Source: a virus. From it: a stretch of 43,430 nucleotides of DNA. Positions 34,028 to 43,248 of the stretch are shown here, piece after piece. Numbering within the stretch: the first letter of the stretch is position 1; each line of letters begins with the position of its first letter. Position numbers and translations under genes: made by a program. The notes under the pieces are model-generated. The model was not told where the DNA came from. It saw only the letters and a list, made by a program, of their open reading frames with translations, and ran no database searches. The stretch lies in IMG/VR virus record IMGVR_UViG_3300003775_000002. One strand, written 5' to 3'.

Positions 34028-34311
34028 TGGATGACCAAGGACAGGATGATGCCGGCGAGCGCGATGGTGCCGACGATGGTGAACCAGGTGCGGAAGGCGC
34101 GCCAGGCCGCGCGGAAGCCCGCTGGCAGGTTCTTGCTGCTGGTTCCTGATAGCACGCACGCCGGCACGACGCCGCACACCCAGACGAACGCCGCCACGTA
34201 CGCAGCCGGGTGCTGCGGCGGCAGGGCGCTGGCCATCCACCCGAGCGCCGGGACGCCGAGCAAGATCCACCAGACGCCGGCGGTGTGGGTGAGGAATCGA
34301 ATCAGAACCAT
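34024..34311 (-). CDS. Small polytopic membrane protein (95 aa) encoded antisense within the virion operon
   Basis: It exactly fills a 296-bp gap with no plus-strand gene. The minus frame has very G/C-biased third positions. TM segments are GVWWILLGVPALGWMASAL, AAYVAAFVWVCGVVPACVL and WFTIVGTIALAGIILSLVI. Its stop overlaps the neighbouring stop on a CTAG. Confidence 0.7.
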   Translation of the reverse strand: MVLIRFLTHTAGVWWILLGVPALGWMASALPPQHPAAYVAAFVWVCGVVPACVLSGTSSKNLPAGFRAAWRAFRTWFTIVGTIALAGIILSLVIH

Positions 34312-34323
34312 GGGAGCGAGTAT

Positions 34324-36837
34324 ATGACACCGCAATGCCGCACTGCCGTCAGTGCCGCCGCTGGCCGGCCGCTGACGGACGCCGAGGTCAAGAAGATCGA
34401 TGATCGGCTATCAGCCACCATGCGCCAGATGGCGCGCCGTGACCCGGCCGCGTGGCAGGCCATGCCCCTGTCGCAGCGTGTGCTGGACGCCTCCCGCGAG
34501 GCGATGGCCCAGATCCAGCAAGAGGCCGCGCTGAAGGTCACGCGCGCCAGCCTGCAAGTGATCAAGACGGCGGCCATGGATACCCGCGTCACTGACCTGA
34601 TGACGCAGTTTTCCGAAGGCCGTAGCAAGGCTCTGGTCCGGGAAATGGACCTGACGTCGGCCTACGCCGAGGGCGTCAAGCGCGAGAACATGTCTCAGTT
34701 GATGGATCTGCTCGATGCTGCCGACAGCCGGCAGGGCGCGGGGGCGATCCGGCGTGGTCTGATGTTCCTGTTTGACGCCGAAAACCCTGGCATGACCCGT
34801 GATCTGGCCGTCGAAATAATTGCCAACGCCAATGGCGCCACGGGAAACACGCTCGCACAGAAGGGTGCCAAGGCGTGGCTGGACACCATCGAGCGAATGC
34901 GCCAACGCTTCAACACCTCAGGCGGAGATGTCGGCCAGCTCGACTATGGCTACCTGCCGCAGCCGCACGACAACGTGCGCGTGCGCGGTGATGGCTCCAA
35001 CGCGGCGCGCGCCGCATGGGCGAACAACACCCTGCCGCTGCTCGATCGCAGCCAGTACGTGCGCGAAGATGGCGCCCGCATGAACGATGCCGAAGTTCTG
35101 GACTTCCTGCGCGAGGCCTGGACGACCATTGCCACGGATGGCCTTAACAAGACGACACCGGGTAGCCGGCCAGCACCGGGCAGCGCCGCGCGCGCGAATG
35201 CCGGCAGCGCGACACGCCAGATCCACTACCGCGACGGGAATGCCTATCTGGAATACATGGGGCAGTACGGCGCGGGCAGCATGTACGACGCCATGCTAGG
35301 GCACGTCGGCAGGTTGGCGCGCGACATCGCGCTGGTCGAGCGATACGGCCCCAACCCGAATCAGCAGATGCGTCTGCAGTTTGACTTGGCTGCTCGGGCC
35401 GACAACGGGCTGAAGCGCTCGTTCGGGATGCTGCCGCAGTCGTATTGGGACGTCCTGAACGGCACCAGCAGCGCGCCAGTCAGCGGCCGCATTGCAGAGA
35501 TCGGCACGCATGCCCGGAACATCCAGACCTTCGGCAAGCTGCAGGGTGCCATCCTGTCCAGCGTGACCGACGTCGGCACGTATTTCGTGACCACCGGATT
35601 CAACAATCTCAGCTACTGGGACGCGCTGCGCAACATCCCCCGCCAGATGAGCGGCGATACCCGCGACTTTCTGTCCATGCACGGCATCATCGCCGAGTCG
35701 ATGATCTCAGACCTGAACCGTTGGAGCGGGGACAACATTCGGCAGACCTGGTCGGGCAGGCTGGCCAACAGCACGATGAAGCTGTCGTTCATGAACGTCT
35801 GGACCGACACGCTGCGCCGTGCCTACAGCATGACCATGATGAACGGCATGGCCAAGCTGGCGAAAACGGACTGGAAGGGCCTGACCGAATACGACCGCTG
35901 GCGCATGACAAGCAAGGGCCTGACCGAATCGGATTGGGATGTCATCCGCCAGGCCCAGTTGACTGCCTACAACGGCCAGGATTTTCTGACGCCAGAGTCT
36001 ATCCGCGCCGGCGGCGACCCGCGCGCCAACGAGGTGGTGGCCAAGGTGCTGGGGCTGATCACCGACGAGTCGGAATATGCAGTGCTGAACCCGGACCTGT
36101 CTACCAAGGCATTGCAGTCGTGGGGCGGCACGCAGCGCGGCACGCCGCTGGGCGAGCTGGCGCGCTCAGTGATGCAGTTCAAGTCGTTCCCGATCGCTAT
36201 GATCTCGCGGCACTGGGGAAGGTTCACCGATGCTCCCGGTGGCATCCCTGGCGCGCCTACGTTTCTCGGCAACCGTGGCTTCTACGGCGCGGCGATGATG
36301 GTGTCGCTTACCGCGCTGGGTGCGATCGCCTTCCAGAACAAGCAACTGGTGCAAGGCAAAGACGCGATCGACATGGACCCGTTCGAAAACCCGAAATTCT
36401 GGCTGCGTGCGTTGGCGCAAGGCGGCGGCCTCGGTATCGTGGGCGACTTCCTGTTGACCGACCCTACCGAGAACCCGGGTGACTCCACGGCCAACGCTAT
36501 CAAGAACGTTGCCGGGCCCAGCATCGGCAGCGCGTTCGACCTGGTGGGCAAGCTGGGCATCGAGAACGTCTATCAGGCGGCGCACGGCAAGGACACGCAT
36601 GTGGGCGCCGAGACGCTGCGTTTCGCGCGTAACCACCTGCCGTATGTGAATCTCTGGTACGGCAAGGCCGCACTGGACGCAGCGGGTCTGGCCGCGTTGC
36701 AGGAGAACCTGTCGCCTGGATACCACTCGAAAATGCGCCAGCGCGCGCAGCGCGATTGGAACCAGGATTACTGGTGGCGGCCGGGCGAGCCAACGCCTGA
36801 AAGGGCGCCGGATATCGGTGCGGCATTCGGCAGGTAA
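34324..36837 (+). CDS. Large internal virion / ejection protein
   Basis: ORF trimmed to the ATG at 34324 (MTPQCRTAVSAAAGRPLTDAEVKKIDDRL). A GGGAG Shine-Dalgarno is present. 837 aa. Confidence 0.6.
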   Translation: MTPQCRTAVSAAAGRPLTDAEVKKIDDRLSATMRQMARRDPAAWQAMPLSQRVLDASREAMAQIQQEAALKVTRASLQVIKTAAMDTRVTDLMTQFSEGRSKALVREMDLTSAYAEGVKRENMSQLMDLLDAADSRQGAGAIRRGLMFLFDAENPGMTRDLAVEIIANANGATGNTLAQKGAKAWLDTIERMRQRFNTSGGDVGQLDYGYLPQPHDNVRVRGDGSNAARAAWANNTLPLLDRSQYVREDGARMNDAEVLDFLREAWTTIATDGLNKTTPGSRPAPGSAARANAGSATRQIHYRDGNAYLEYMGQYGAGSMYDAMLGHVGRLARDIALVERYGPNPNQQMRLQFDLAARADNGLKRSFGMLPQSYWDVLNGTSSAPVSGRIAEIGTHARNIQTFGKLQGAILSSVTDVGTYFVTTGFNNLSYWDALRNIPRQMSGDTRDFLSMHGIIAESMISDLNRWSGDNIRQTWSGRLANSTMKLSFMNVWTDTLRRAYSMTMMNGMAKLAKTDWKGLTEYDRWRMTSKGLTESDWDVIRQAQLTAYNGQDFLTPESIRAGGDPRANEVVAKVLGLITDESEYAVLNPDLSTKALQSWGGTQRGTPLGELARSVMQFKSFPIAMISRHWGRFTDAPGGIPGAPTFLGNRGFYGAAMMVSLTALGAIAFQNKQLVQGKDAIDMDPFENPKFWLRALAQGGGLGIVGDFLLTDPTENPGDSTANAIKNVAGPSIGSAFDLVGKLGIENVYQAAHGKDTHVGAETLRFARNHLPYVNLWYGKAALDAAGLAALQENLSPGYHSKMRQRAQRDWNQDYWWRPGEPTPERAPDIGAAFGR

Positions 36838-36838
36838 T

Positions 36839-36855
36839 ACGGACAACAGTCCGAT
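36839..36855 (+). repeat. 17-nt hairpin motif ACGGACAACAGTCCGAT, copy 2
   Basis: Identical to 19953..19969. It starts 2 nt after the stop at 36837 and lies upstream of the tailspike gene. Confidence 0.6.
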
Positions 36856-36898
36856 TCGTCACGCAGACCATGTGCGCAGTCCATGAAAGGCTGCCCAC

Positions 36899-39232
36899 AT
36901 GACCGTTTCGAGCGAACAATCCGACGTCACCTATGACGGCGACGGCGTAACCCTTACCTTCCCGGTGCCGTTCTATTTCCTGCAGGACACCGATCTGGTG
37001 TTGACTGTGGTGGATCAGGACGGCACCGCCGAATCATTGGTCTACGGCACCGATTACAGCGTGGCCGGCGCTGGGAACCAGTTCGGCGGGAGCGTGACTC
37101 TCTCCGCTGTGGTGGCCGAGACGAAGACGCTTCTCATCGAGCGCGATCCGCCGGCTACGCAGGAAACCGCGTATCAGGCGAACGACCCATTTCCAGCCAA
37201 GGAACACGAGAAGGCGCTCGACAAGTTGACCATGCTGCTGCAGCGTGGCAATCGCACCTACTCCCGGTCACTGCACTATCCGATCACCGAGAACGCCGAC
37301 GGCACGCTGCCGCGCAAGTCGGAGCGGCTTGGCATGCTGCTCGGTTTCGATCCCATCACCGGCCTGGCAAAGATGATGCCCCGGCCCGCGTCGGTGGGTG
37401 CGGGCGACTTGCGCGTGGACACATTCATTTCCAGCGCGCTGCCGAATCCCGATGGGCTGCCCACCTTTGCGCCCAACGTCTCCACGCAGCTCACGCTATC
37501 GCGCGATCCTGGCACGACGGCCAATGTCGCGATCTACTTCGATACCGGATTCCAGGGCCCTGACACCTTTGGCCTGAACGGTCCGGTGGTGACGTTCAAT
37601 GCTCCGATCCCGGATGTGCAGCGCGTCTATGCGCGCACCGGTACCACGCTGTCGACCATCATCCCGCCTGATTCGTCGGTGGGGGACAAGCAACTGCAAT
37701 GGTCCGACAAGCTCTCCCGCGAGTGCGCTTCCGTGGCCGAGCTGCGCACGCTGTCGACTGGACGGTATCGTGTCGCGCATACCCTCAGCTACTACGGGGA
37801 TGGCAAGGGCGGTGCGGGAAAATATCGCATTGATGAGCTGGACACTACTACGCCGGACAATGGCGGCACGGTGATCGTCGGGAATGACGGCGGCCGCTGG
37901 AAGTTGATCTATGACGGCTCTGTCAACTTCCTGCAGTTCGGCTGCCGCACAGAAGGCGTCGAGACTGGTGCGCGTCTCCAGGCCGCGCTTAGTTCAGGCG
38001 TCAAGTCGTTGGTCGCTACGGCCATGCACGACACAGCAACGCCGCTGATTCCGCCGACCTCGTACCTGGACATCATCACGCAAAAGGGTGGCGGATTCCG
38101 TCCAGCTGCGGACAACGTCACCATCTTCAAGAGCACGGTATCGGCGTATTACGTGCGCTTTATCGGTCCTGTCTTCGAAGGCAACGATAAGACTGGCTGC
38201 GCGTGCATGGACATGAAGAACATGCGCTTGTTCAGCGGCTTGTTGTATCCGACCTTCCGCAATATCGACACGGGCTTCATCGGGCGCGACGGCTGCTTCG
38301 GTCTGCACATTGTGAACCCGACGGCCGAAGCAGTCCCATTCCCGATCATTTTCATCGCGAACAATTCCTCCACCGTGGTCGAGTGCCCGAACTTCGACAA
38401 CGGCGCTGGCGTTGGCGGAACCGGCCTCGGTACTGGCATCACGGTGCAGGCTACTGGAAGCAACCTCGGTGTTGTTGTTAATGGTGGCTACATCCAGGGT
38501 TATGACCACGCGGTGTTCGATAACGGTATCGGCACTACGGTCCGCGACATGTACATCGAGAACTGCGGCGTGGCGGATGTCAAGAGTACGTCAGGCCGCA
38601 GCTGCCGCTACGAGAACCTGAACCACTGGGGCAACGTCGGGCCGCTCGCATACCAGCTTGATGGCACGGACGGATGCGTGGTGTGGAACCCAACAATGGG
38701 CAGCGGTGCACGTACGACAGGCCTGTTTGACGTGGACACGTCCAACACCAACTTTAGCTACTTCCTGGCCACTGCCACTGCGGGACTAAATCAACCACTT
38801 GGTACCGTAGTGGGGGCCAAATTTGGCCCACGTTCCAGCTTTGCTATGAACCCTGTGCCATTTGTGGCAGGGGGAACGTCAGCCGGCGCCGGCGTCTACA
38901 CACGCCAAGAAGGGCGAGTGTCCATCCAGGCAGGACAAGTTGATCTCGAGCTGGAGATCGGGTGCACGTCGCATACCGGTACCGGCGCGTTTGTGATCAA
39001 AGGATTGTCCGCTGGACTCGCACCTGTCAGCTACGTTCCGACCCGAATTGGGCAGGTCGTGGTGATCAGCGCGGCATACGCGGGAAAACAGCTCTACGCG
39101 AAGCTGAATGGCGCCGGCACCGATATCAGCGTCATTCAGGTAGATCCAGCCACCGGTATCGAAACACCGTTCCCCGTCCCTGCTGGCGGATTCACCGTCA
39201 TCCTCAGGATGAGCTGGAACACCAACGCCTAA
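36899..39232 (+). CDS. Tailspike / tail fibre with T7 gp17-like N-terminal adaptor and probable beta-helix body
   Basis: The N terminus SDVTYDGDGVTLTFPVPFYFLQDTDLVLTVVD...GTDYSV is the common podovirus fibre anchor. The central region has repetitive G/N/V-rich beta-helix-like segments. Confidence 0.75.
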   Translation: MTVSSEQSDVTYDGDGVTLTFPVPFYFLQDTDLVLTVVDQDGTAESLVYGTDYSVAGAGNQFGGSVTLSAVVAETKTLLIERDPPATQETAYQANDPFPAKEHEKALDKLTMLLQRGNRTYSRSLHYPITENADGTLPRKSERLGMLLGFDPITGLAKMMPRPASVGAGDLRVDTFISSALPNPDGLPTFAPNVSTQLTLSRDPGTTANVAIYFDTGFQGPDTFGLNGPVVTFNAPIPDVQRVYARTGTTLSTIIPPDSSVGDKQLQWSDKLSRECASVAELRTLSTGRYRVAHTLSYYGDGKGGAGKYRIDELDTTTPDNGGTVIVGNDGGRWKLIYDGSVNFLQFGCRTEGVETGARLQAALSSGVKSLVATAMHDTATPLIPPTSYLDIITQKGGGFRPAADNVTIFKSTVSAYYVRFIGPVFEGNDKTGCACMDMKNMRLFSGLLYPTFRNIDTGFIGRDGCFGLHIVNPTAEAVPFPIIFIANNSSTVVECPNFDNGAGVGGTGLGTGITVQATGSNLGVVVNGGYIQGYDHAVFDNGIGTTVRDMYIENCGVADVKSTSGRSCRYENLNHWGNVGPLAYQLDGTDGCVVWNPTMGSGARTTGLFDVDTSNTNFSYFLATATAGLNQPLGTVVGAKFGPRSSFAMNPVPFVAGGTSAGAGVYTRQEGRVSIQAGQVDLELEIGCTSHTGTGAFVIKGLSAGLAPVSYVPTRIGQVVVISAAYAGKQLYAKLNGAGTDISVIQVDPATGIETPFPVPAGGFTVILRMSWNTNA

Positions 39233-39242
39233 AGGAACCAAG

Positions 39243-40205
39243 ATGCGCAAATTACTCACGGGCCTGCTGGCCATTACCATCTCGGCGCTGGCTATCGGCG
39301 CCACCACCACGCCGCCGTCACTGCTGAATCCATCCGGCTCGACGGCGGGCCAGGCCATCGTGTCCACCGGCCCGAGCACTGCTCCAGCGTGGGGGAACGT
39401 CACTGCCACGGCGCTCGGCCCAGTCGCCGCGAATACCGCCATCGCCAACGTGACCGGTTCCAGCGCCGCGCCGACTGCGGCAGCATTGCCAAGCTGCAGC
39501 ACCGGCAACAGCGCGCTGAAGTACACCAGCGGCACCGGCTTCTCCTGCGGCACGACGTTCGCGCTGACGAGCGGCAACCTGTCGCAGTTCGCGGCGACCA
39601 CCTCGGCGCAACTGCTCGGCGTCATGTCGGATGAGACTGGGCTTGGCGCGCTGGTATTCAACACTTCGCCGACGCTCACCACTCCGACGATCGCGGGTGC
39701 CGCCCTGTCCGGCACGTTCAGCGGGACGCCGACATACAGCGGCAACGCCACGTTCACCAGCACGATCACACCATCGACAACAAACGGTCTGGTCGGTACG
39801 AAGACCAATGACAACGCAATCGCAGGTAGCTGGGGGGAGTATCAGGAGGCTACTCCTGCCGCAGTCAGCCTGACCACGAACGTCACGGCGAACATCGCAT
39901 CCCTCAGCCTCGGTGCAGGGGATTGGGAAGTCTACTGCAACGTCTTTTTTCTGACCGGTTCAGGGGATACCTTGACTGCCGCAGCTACCGGTCTGAACAC
40001 TGTAAGTGCCACTTTTCCGGCGATTCCTCTTTACTCCACGGCGGGAGTCATCAGCATTCCGTCTGGCATTGGTATTACCCGGGACTCTACGCTGCGCCGC
40101 TTCTCGCTGTCTGGCACGACGACAGTGTATTGCGTGTCTCAGGCCACGCATTCTGGTGGTACGGCCACGGGGCAGGGGGTCATCCGAGCACGTCGGGCGC
40201 GCTGA
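39243..40205 (+). CDS. Second tail-fibre-like protein with a signal-peptide-like N terminus
   Basis: MRKLLTGLLAITISALAIGA is followed by fibre-type motifs (GSTAGQAIVSTGPSTAPAWG, ANTAIANVTGSSAAPTA) and a distinct C-terminal domain. Confidence 0.65.
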   Translation: MRKLLTGLLAITISALAIGATTTPPSLLNPSGSTAGQAIVSTGPSTAPAWGNVTATALGPVAANTAIANVTGSSAAPTAAALPSCSTGNSALKYTSGTGFSCGTTFALTSGNLSQFAATTSAQLLGVMSDETGLGALVFNTSPTLTTPTIAGAALSGTFSGTPTYSGNATFTSTITPSTTNGLVGTKTNDNAIAGSWGEYQEATPAAVSLTTNVTANIASLSLGAGDWEVYCNVFFLTGSGDTLTAAATGLNTVSATFPAIPLYSTAGVISIPSGIGITRDSTLRRFSLSGTTTVYCVSQATHSGGTATGQGVIRARRAR

Positions 40206-40230
40206 CTGTTTTCCACACTGGGGATCATGC

Positions 40231-40548
40231 ATGGAAACGAAAGAGAGCGGTCGGCGCAGGTGGATCGACACCACGATCAACCTGCAGAACCTTTTTAGCG
40301 CGCTGATCGGGGCGGCCGTGGTGGTGGTAATTGCCTGGTTCGCGCTGGTCGGCCGGGTGCAGGCGTTGGAAGCGAAGGACGTCGAGCACGATGCGCGGTT
40401 CAACCGCGTGGATTCGACAATTGCCCAGCAGCGCCAAGAAGTGAAAGACCAGCTCAACGCCATTGGCTCGAACGTGGAGAAGATCCGCGACTACCTACTG
40501 GACAACGCAGCGGGCCAGCGACCTGACATTCGGAAGTGGGCAAAATGA
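40231..40548 (+). CDS. Type II membrane-anchored coiled-coil protein at the head of the lysis cassette
   Basis: ORF trimmed to the ATG at 40231 (METKESGRRRWIDTTINLQNLFSALIGAAVVVVIAWFALVG...). Confidence 0.6.
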   Translation: METKESGRRRWIDTTINLQNLFSALIGAAVVVVIAWFALVGRVQALEAKDVEHDARFNRVDSTIAQQRQEVKDQLNAIGSNVEKIRDYLLDNAAGQRPDIRKWAK

Positions 40549-40805
40549 AACTTACACTCGCAGACAACTGGCGGCAGCTGCACCGGAAAGGTACGGTGAT
40601 CGCGGGCACGCTGTTCACGATGGTCATGGGCACGGGGCCGCTGCTGGTTCAGGCTTGGGGCGCTATGCCGCCGGAATTGAAAGCCGTGATCCCGCAGAAC
40701 ATCCAGCAATGGATCGCCTATACGATGTTCGGGCTGACGTTTCTGGCGCTGCGCTACACGACGATCCGGAAGAAGGACAAGGGAGACGGCGATGCTGGCG
40801 CGTGA
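40545..40805 (+). CDS. Holin (two TM helices)
   Basis: MKLTLADNWRQLHRKGTVIAGTLFTMVMGTGPLL...IQQWIAYTMFGLTFLALRYTTIRKKDK. It lies directly before the endolysin. An alternative GTG start is at 40536. Confidence 0.6.
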   Translation: MKLTLADNWRQLHRKGTVIAGTLFTMVMGTGPLLVQAWGAMPPELKAVIPQNIQQWIAYTMFGLTFLALRYTTIRKKDKGDGDAGA

Positions 40806-41286
40806 GTTCATCAAAGACGCCATCGTGCCGGCGCTGGCTATCCTGCCGCCAGCCATGGACACGCCCCAAGCTCGGCTGATGATCCTGGCCATCTGCCTGC
40901 AGGAATCCGGGCTGATCCATCGCCGGCAACTCGGCAACGGGCCTGCCCGGGGCTATCCCCAGTTCGAGCTGGGCACGCGGCAATCGCGCGGCGGGGTCTG
41001 GGGCGTCTACTTGCACGACTCGTCCCGGTTCTGGTTGGATCGGTTGTGCGCCTCGCGCGGCGTGCAGTTCCTGCCAGAAGCGATCTGGCGGCAGATGGAG
41101 AAAGATGACGTGCTGGCGGCCGGCGTCGCCCGGCTGCTGCTCTTCACCGATCCGAGGCGGCTTCCGGCCATGGACGATCCGGACGGCGCGTGGGGGCTGT
41201 ACCTGCGCACGTGGCGCCCCGGCAAGCCACGGCCTGCGGAATGGCCCGGCAACCATACGCTGGCCAGGCTGGAGGTCATCAAATGA
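40792..41286 (+). CDS. Endolysin, lytic transglycosylase-like
   Basis: LMILAICLQESGLIHRRQ is an SLT-type catalytic Glu-Ser context. It lies between the holin and the spanins. Confidence 0.7.
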   Translation: MLAREFIKDAIVPALAILPPAMDTPQARLMILAICLQESGLIHRRQLGNGPARGYPQFELGTRQSRGGVWGVYLHDSSRFWLDRLCASRGVQFLPEAIWRQMEKDDVLAAGVARLLLFTDPRRLPAMDDPDGAWGLYLRTWRPGKPRPAEWPGNHTLARLEVIK

Positions 41287-41582
41287 TCGCCGCACTCCTA
41301 TCCGACCTCTGGCCGATCCTTGCCGGGGGCGTCGTCGCGATCGTGGCGCTGCTCACTGGATGGGCGCGGCACAAGCAGGCCCAGACCACAGAGGCGCAGG
41401 CGCGGCAGAAGGAAGCCGAGACCGACAAGAGGGTTGCCCAGGCGCAGGCCATCGAGGCCAAGGCCAACGAGGACGCCGCGCGCGCTGGCGCCGACAACGC
41501 AAAGGTGAGACGAGATGAGGATTCTGCTGCTGCTGGCGAGCCTGACGCTAACCGCATGTTGCACGACGAATGGGGAAAGTAA
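41283..41582 (+). CDS. Rz: i-spanin (Rz-like)
   Basis: ORF trimmed to the ATG at 41283. It has an N-terminal TM helix, LWPILAGGVVAIVALLTGW, followed by a charged coiled coil. Confidence 0.7.
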   Translation: MIAALLSDLWPILAGGVVAIVALLTGWARHKQAQTTEAQARQKEAETDKRVAQAQAIEAKANEDAARAGADNAKVRRDEDSAAAGEPDANRMLHDEWGK

Positions 41583-41757
41583 GGCGCCCGAGCCGCAGAT
41601 CGTGGTGAAGACCCGCACCGTAGACACGGCATGCGACTGGACGAGACCCATCTACGTGGAAGAGGCCGACGTCCTGACGGATTCGACTGCCCAGGCTATC
41701 CTCGCGCACAACCGCGCCGGAGCCAAGCTTTGCGGCTGGAAGCCGAAACGCAAGTAA
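41515..41757 (+). CDS. Rz1: o-spanin lipoprotein (Rz1-like), overlapping the end of Rz
   Basis: The signal and lipobox are MRILLLLASLTLTAC. It starts inside the Rz 3' end in another frame. An AGGTGAGA Shine-Dalgarno is present. Confidence 0.7.
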   Translation: MRILLLLASLTLTACCTTNGESKAPEPQIVVKTRTVDTACDWTRPIYVEEADVLTDSTAQAILAHNRAGAKLCGWKPKRK

Positions 41758-41758
41758 G

Positions 41759-42889
41759 CTACTCGGCCCGCATTTGCATCGGCACCGTTTCGGGTGCCAT
41801 CACCTCGCGTTTCGGCCGGAACAACTTGGCCAGGGCCGTTCCCCATGCTGCTGTCGGGTCCTCAATATACCGCTTCCAGAAATGGGCGACGATCAACCCG
41901 GCGGCGGTCAGCACCAGCATCCGGCCCCATTCGCCGGCAATGCCGATGGGGTGGGGGAAGTACTTGATGGCCACGCGCTCGAGCGTCCAATGGGTCAGGT
42001 ACAGGGCGAAGGATATGTCCCCCAGCCACACGGCAAAACGTGGAATCCTCAGCTGACCATGGTGCTCTGCGAACAGGGCGCCGACCAGCAATACAGTCGT
42101 CGGCAGCGCGGCCGATAGCAGCGACATCTTCAAGTCAGTGGTGACGTAGGACAGGCCTAGGAAGAATGCGCCGACGCCCATCAGCCCGAACGAGAAGCCA
42201 ATAGACACCCGGTCACGATACTTCGCATAGATCCACGCGCAGCCAACTCCCGCCAGAAATTCGAGCATCAGCGGGTTCGTCGCGAGCCGGGCATACAGGT
42301 TGTTGAACGGGATGACGCTGTTGTGCGGGTTGATCGACGGCGCAAGGCCATAGGCCATCGGCGCCACCAGCACCAAGCCGGCCAGCGCGATCGACACCGC
42401 TGCCAGAGCGAAGCGGCCAAACACCAAGCAAGCGCAGAAGATGGCATAGAACGCCATCTCATAGTTCAGCGTCCAACCCACCTCATTGAGCATCTCCGAG
42501 TAGTAGGGCGCAGGCAGGTTGCCCAGTGGGTAGAACGCCAGCATCTTCAGCAGGTCGTCATTCGTGGCGCCACGGCCAAGGATATAGGCGATCACCGCCA
42601 TGCTGGCCCAGAACGCAGGAGCCACGCGGAACGCGCGCTTGATGCCGAACTCTAGTGGGGATACCGGGCCGTTACTTCGCGAGAGCACGCCCACCCAGGC
42701 AAGAATGAAGCCGCTGATCACGAAGAAGATATCGACGCCGAGAAAGCCCTTCATCACCACATTCCATACAGACTCGTCCACTGCCTGGACGCCCGTCGGG
42801 AACTGGAATCGCATATGGAAGATGAAAACCGACATTGCCGCGAACCCGCGCAGCGCTTGGACGGAATCAAGCTTTTGGTTGTACGACAT
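41759..42889 (-). CDS. Acyltransferase family 3 membrane protein (O-antigen/exopolysaccharide acetylase-like), lysogenic conversion candidate
   Basis: KLDSVQALRGFAAMSVFIFH is the family signature. The protein is polytopic and hydrophobic throughout. It is on the opposite strand at the prophage end, with an AT-rich upstream region. Confidence 0.85.
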   Translation of the reverse strand: MSYNQKLDSVQALRGFAAMSVFIFHMRFQFPTGVQAVDESVWNVVMKGFLGVDIFFVISGFILAWVGVLSRSNGPVSPLEFGIKRAFRVAPAFWASMAVIAYILGRGATNDDLLKMLAFYPLGNLPAPYYSEMLNEVGWTLNYEMAFYAIFCACLVFGRFALAAVSIALAGLVLVAPMAYGLAPSINPHNSVIPFNNLYARLATNPLMLEFLAGVGCAWIYAKYRDRVSIGFSFGLMGVGAFFLGLSYVTTDLKMSLLSAALPTTVLLVGALFAEHHGQLRIPRFAVWLGDISFALYLTHWTLERVAIKYFPHPIGIAGEWGRMLVLTAAGLIVAHFWKRYIEDPTAAWGTALAKLFRPKREVMAPETVPMQMRAE

Positions 42890-43012
42890 ATTTTTGTCAG
42901 TTTTGTATCTTGTCTCGCGCGGCAGTGTACTAAAACTGAAACAAACAAAGGCGCCTTACCATTCGCTTTCGTATCCTCCTGCAGTTGGGGTAGCGTTGAA
43001 ATTGGCTCGATG

Positions 43013-43032
43013 CACTGTTCGGATATACAGTG
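43013..43032. promoter_or_regulatory. LexA (SOS) box-like palindrome CACTGTtcggatatACAGTG
   Basis: It matches CTGT-N8-ACAG exactly (43015..43030) with 6-bp perfect arms. It lies 6 nt upstream of the ATG at 43039. Confidence 0.55.
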
Positions 43033-43038
43033 CCGACC

Positions 43039-43242
43039 ATGTCCACTGGATTCCAACCGCCCGCGCCGCCACTACCGTCCTATGTCGTCTGGGACCGGTA
43101 TGCCTGCCGCACGTGCTCTCGGTTGGTGGTCAGTGTGCCCTACGAGTACCCCCACCCGAGAATGCATCTGAGGTGCAGGATTGGGCGCGATTGCCCGGTG
43201 GTCGTTTGCAGGGAATGGGAGAGGGAGAGCGGGGTGGACTGA
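43039..43242 (+). CDS. Small Cys-rich protein (67 aa), possibly a zinc ribbon, possibly SOS-controlled
   Basis: MSTGFQPPAPPLPSYVVWDRYACRTCSRLVV...LRCRIGRDCPVVVC. Third positions are moderately G/C-biased. It is bracketed by the LexA-like box and a hairpin plus T-run. No Shine-Dalgarno is visible. Confidence 0.4.
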   Translation: MSTGFQPPAPPLPSYVVWDRYACRTCSRLVVSVPYEYPHPRMHLRCRIGRDCPVVVCREWERESGVD

Positions 43243-43248
43243 TTATCC

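Noticed and set aside
36899-40205. A diversity-generating retroelement, as in BPP-1-type podoviruses. This would need a reverse transcriptase and a template/variable repeat pair at the fibre gene.
   Set aside because: No reverse-transcriptase-like ORF exists anywhere in the window. I saw no repeat of about 100 bp of the fibre 3' ends downstream of 40205.
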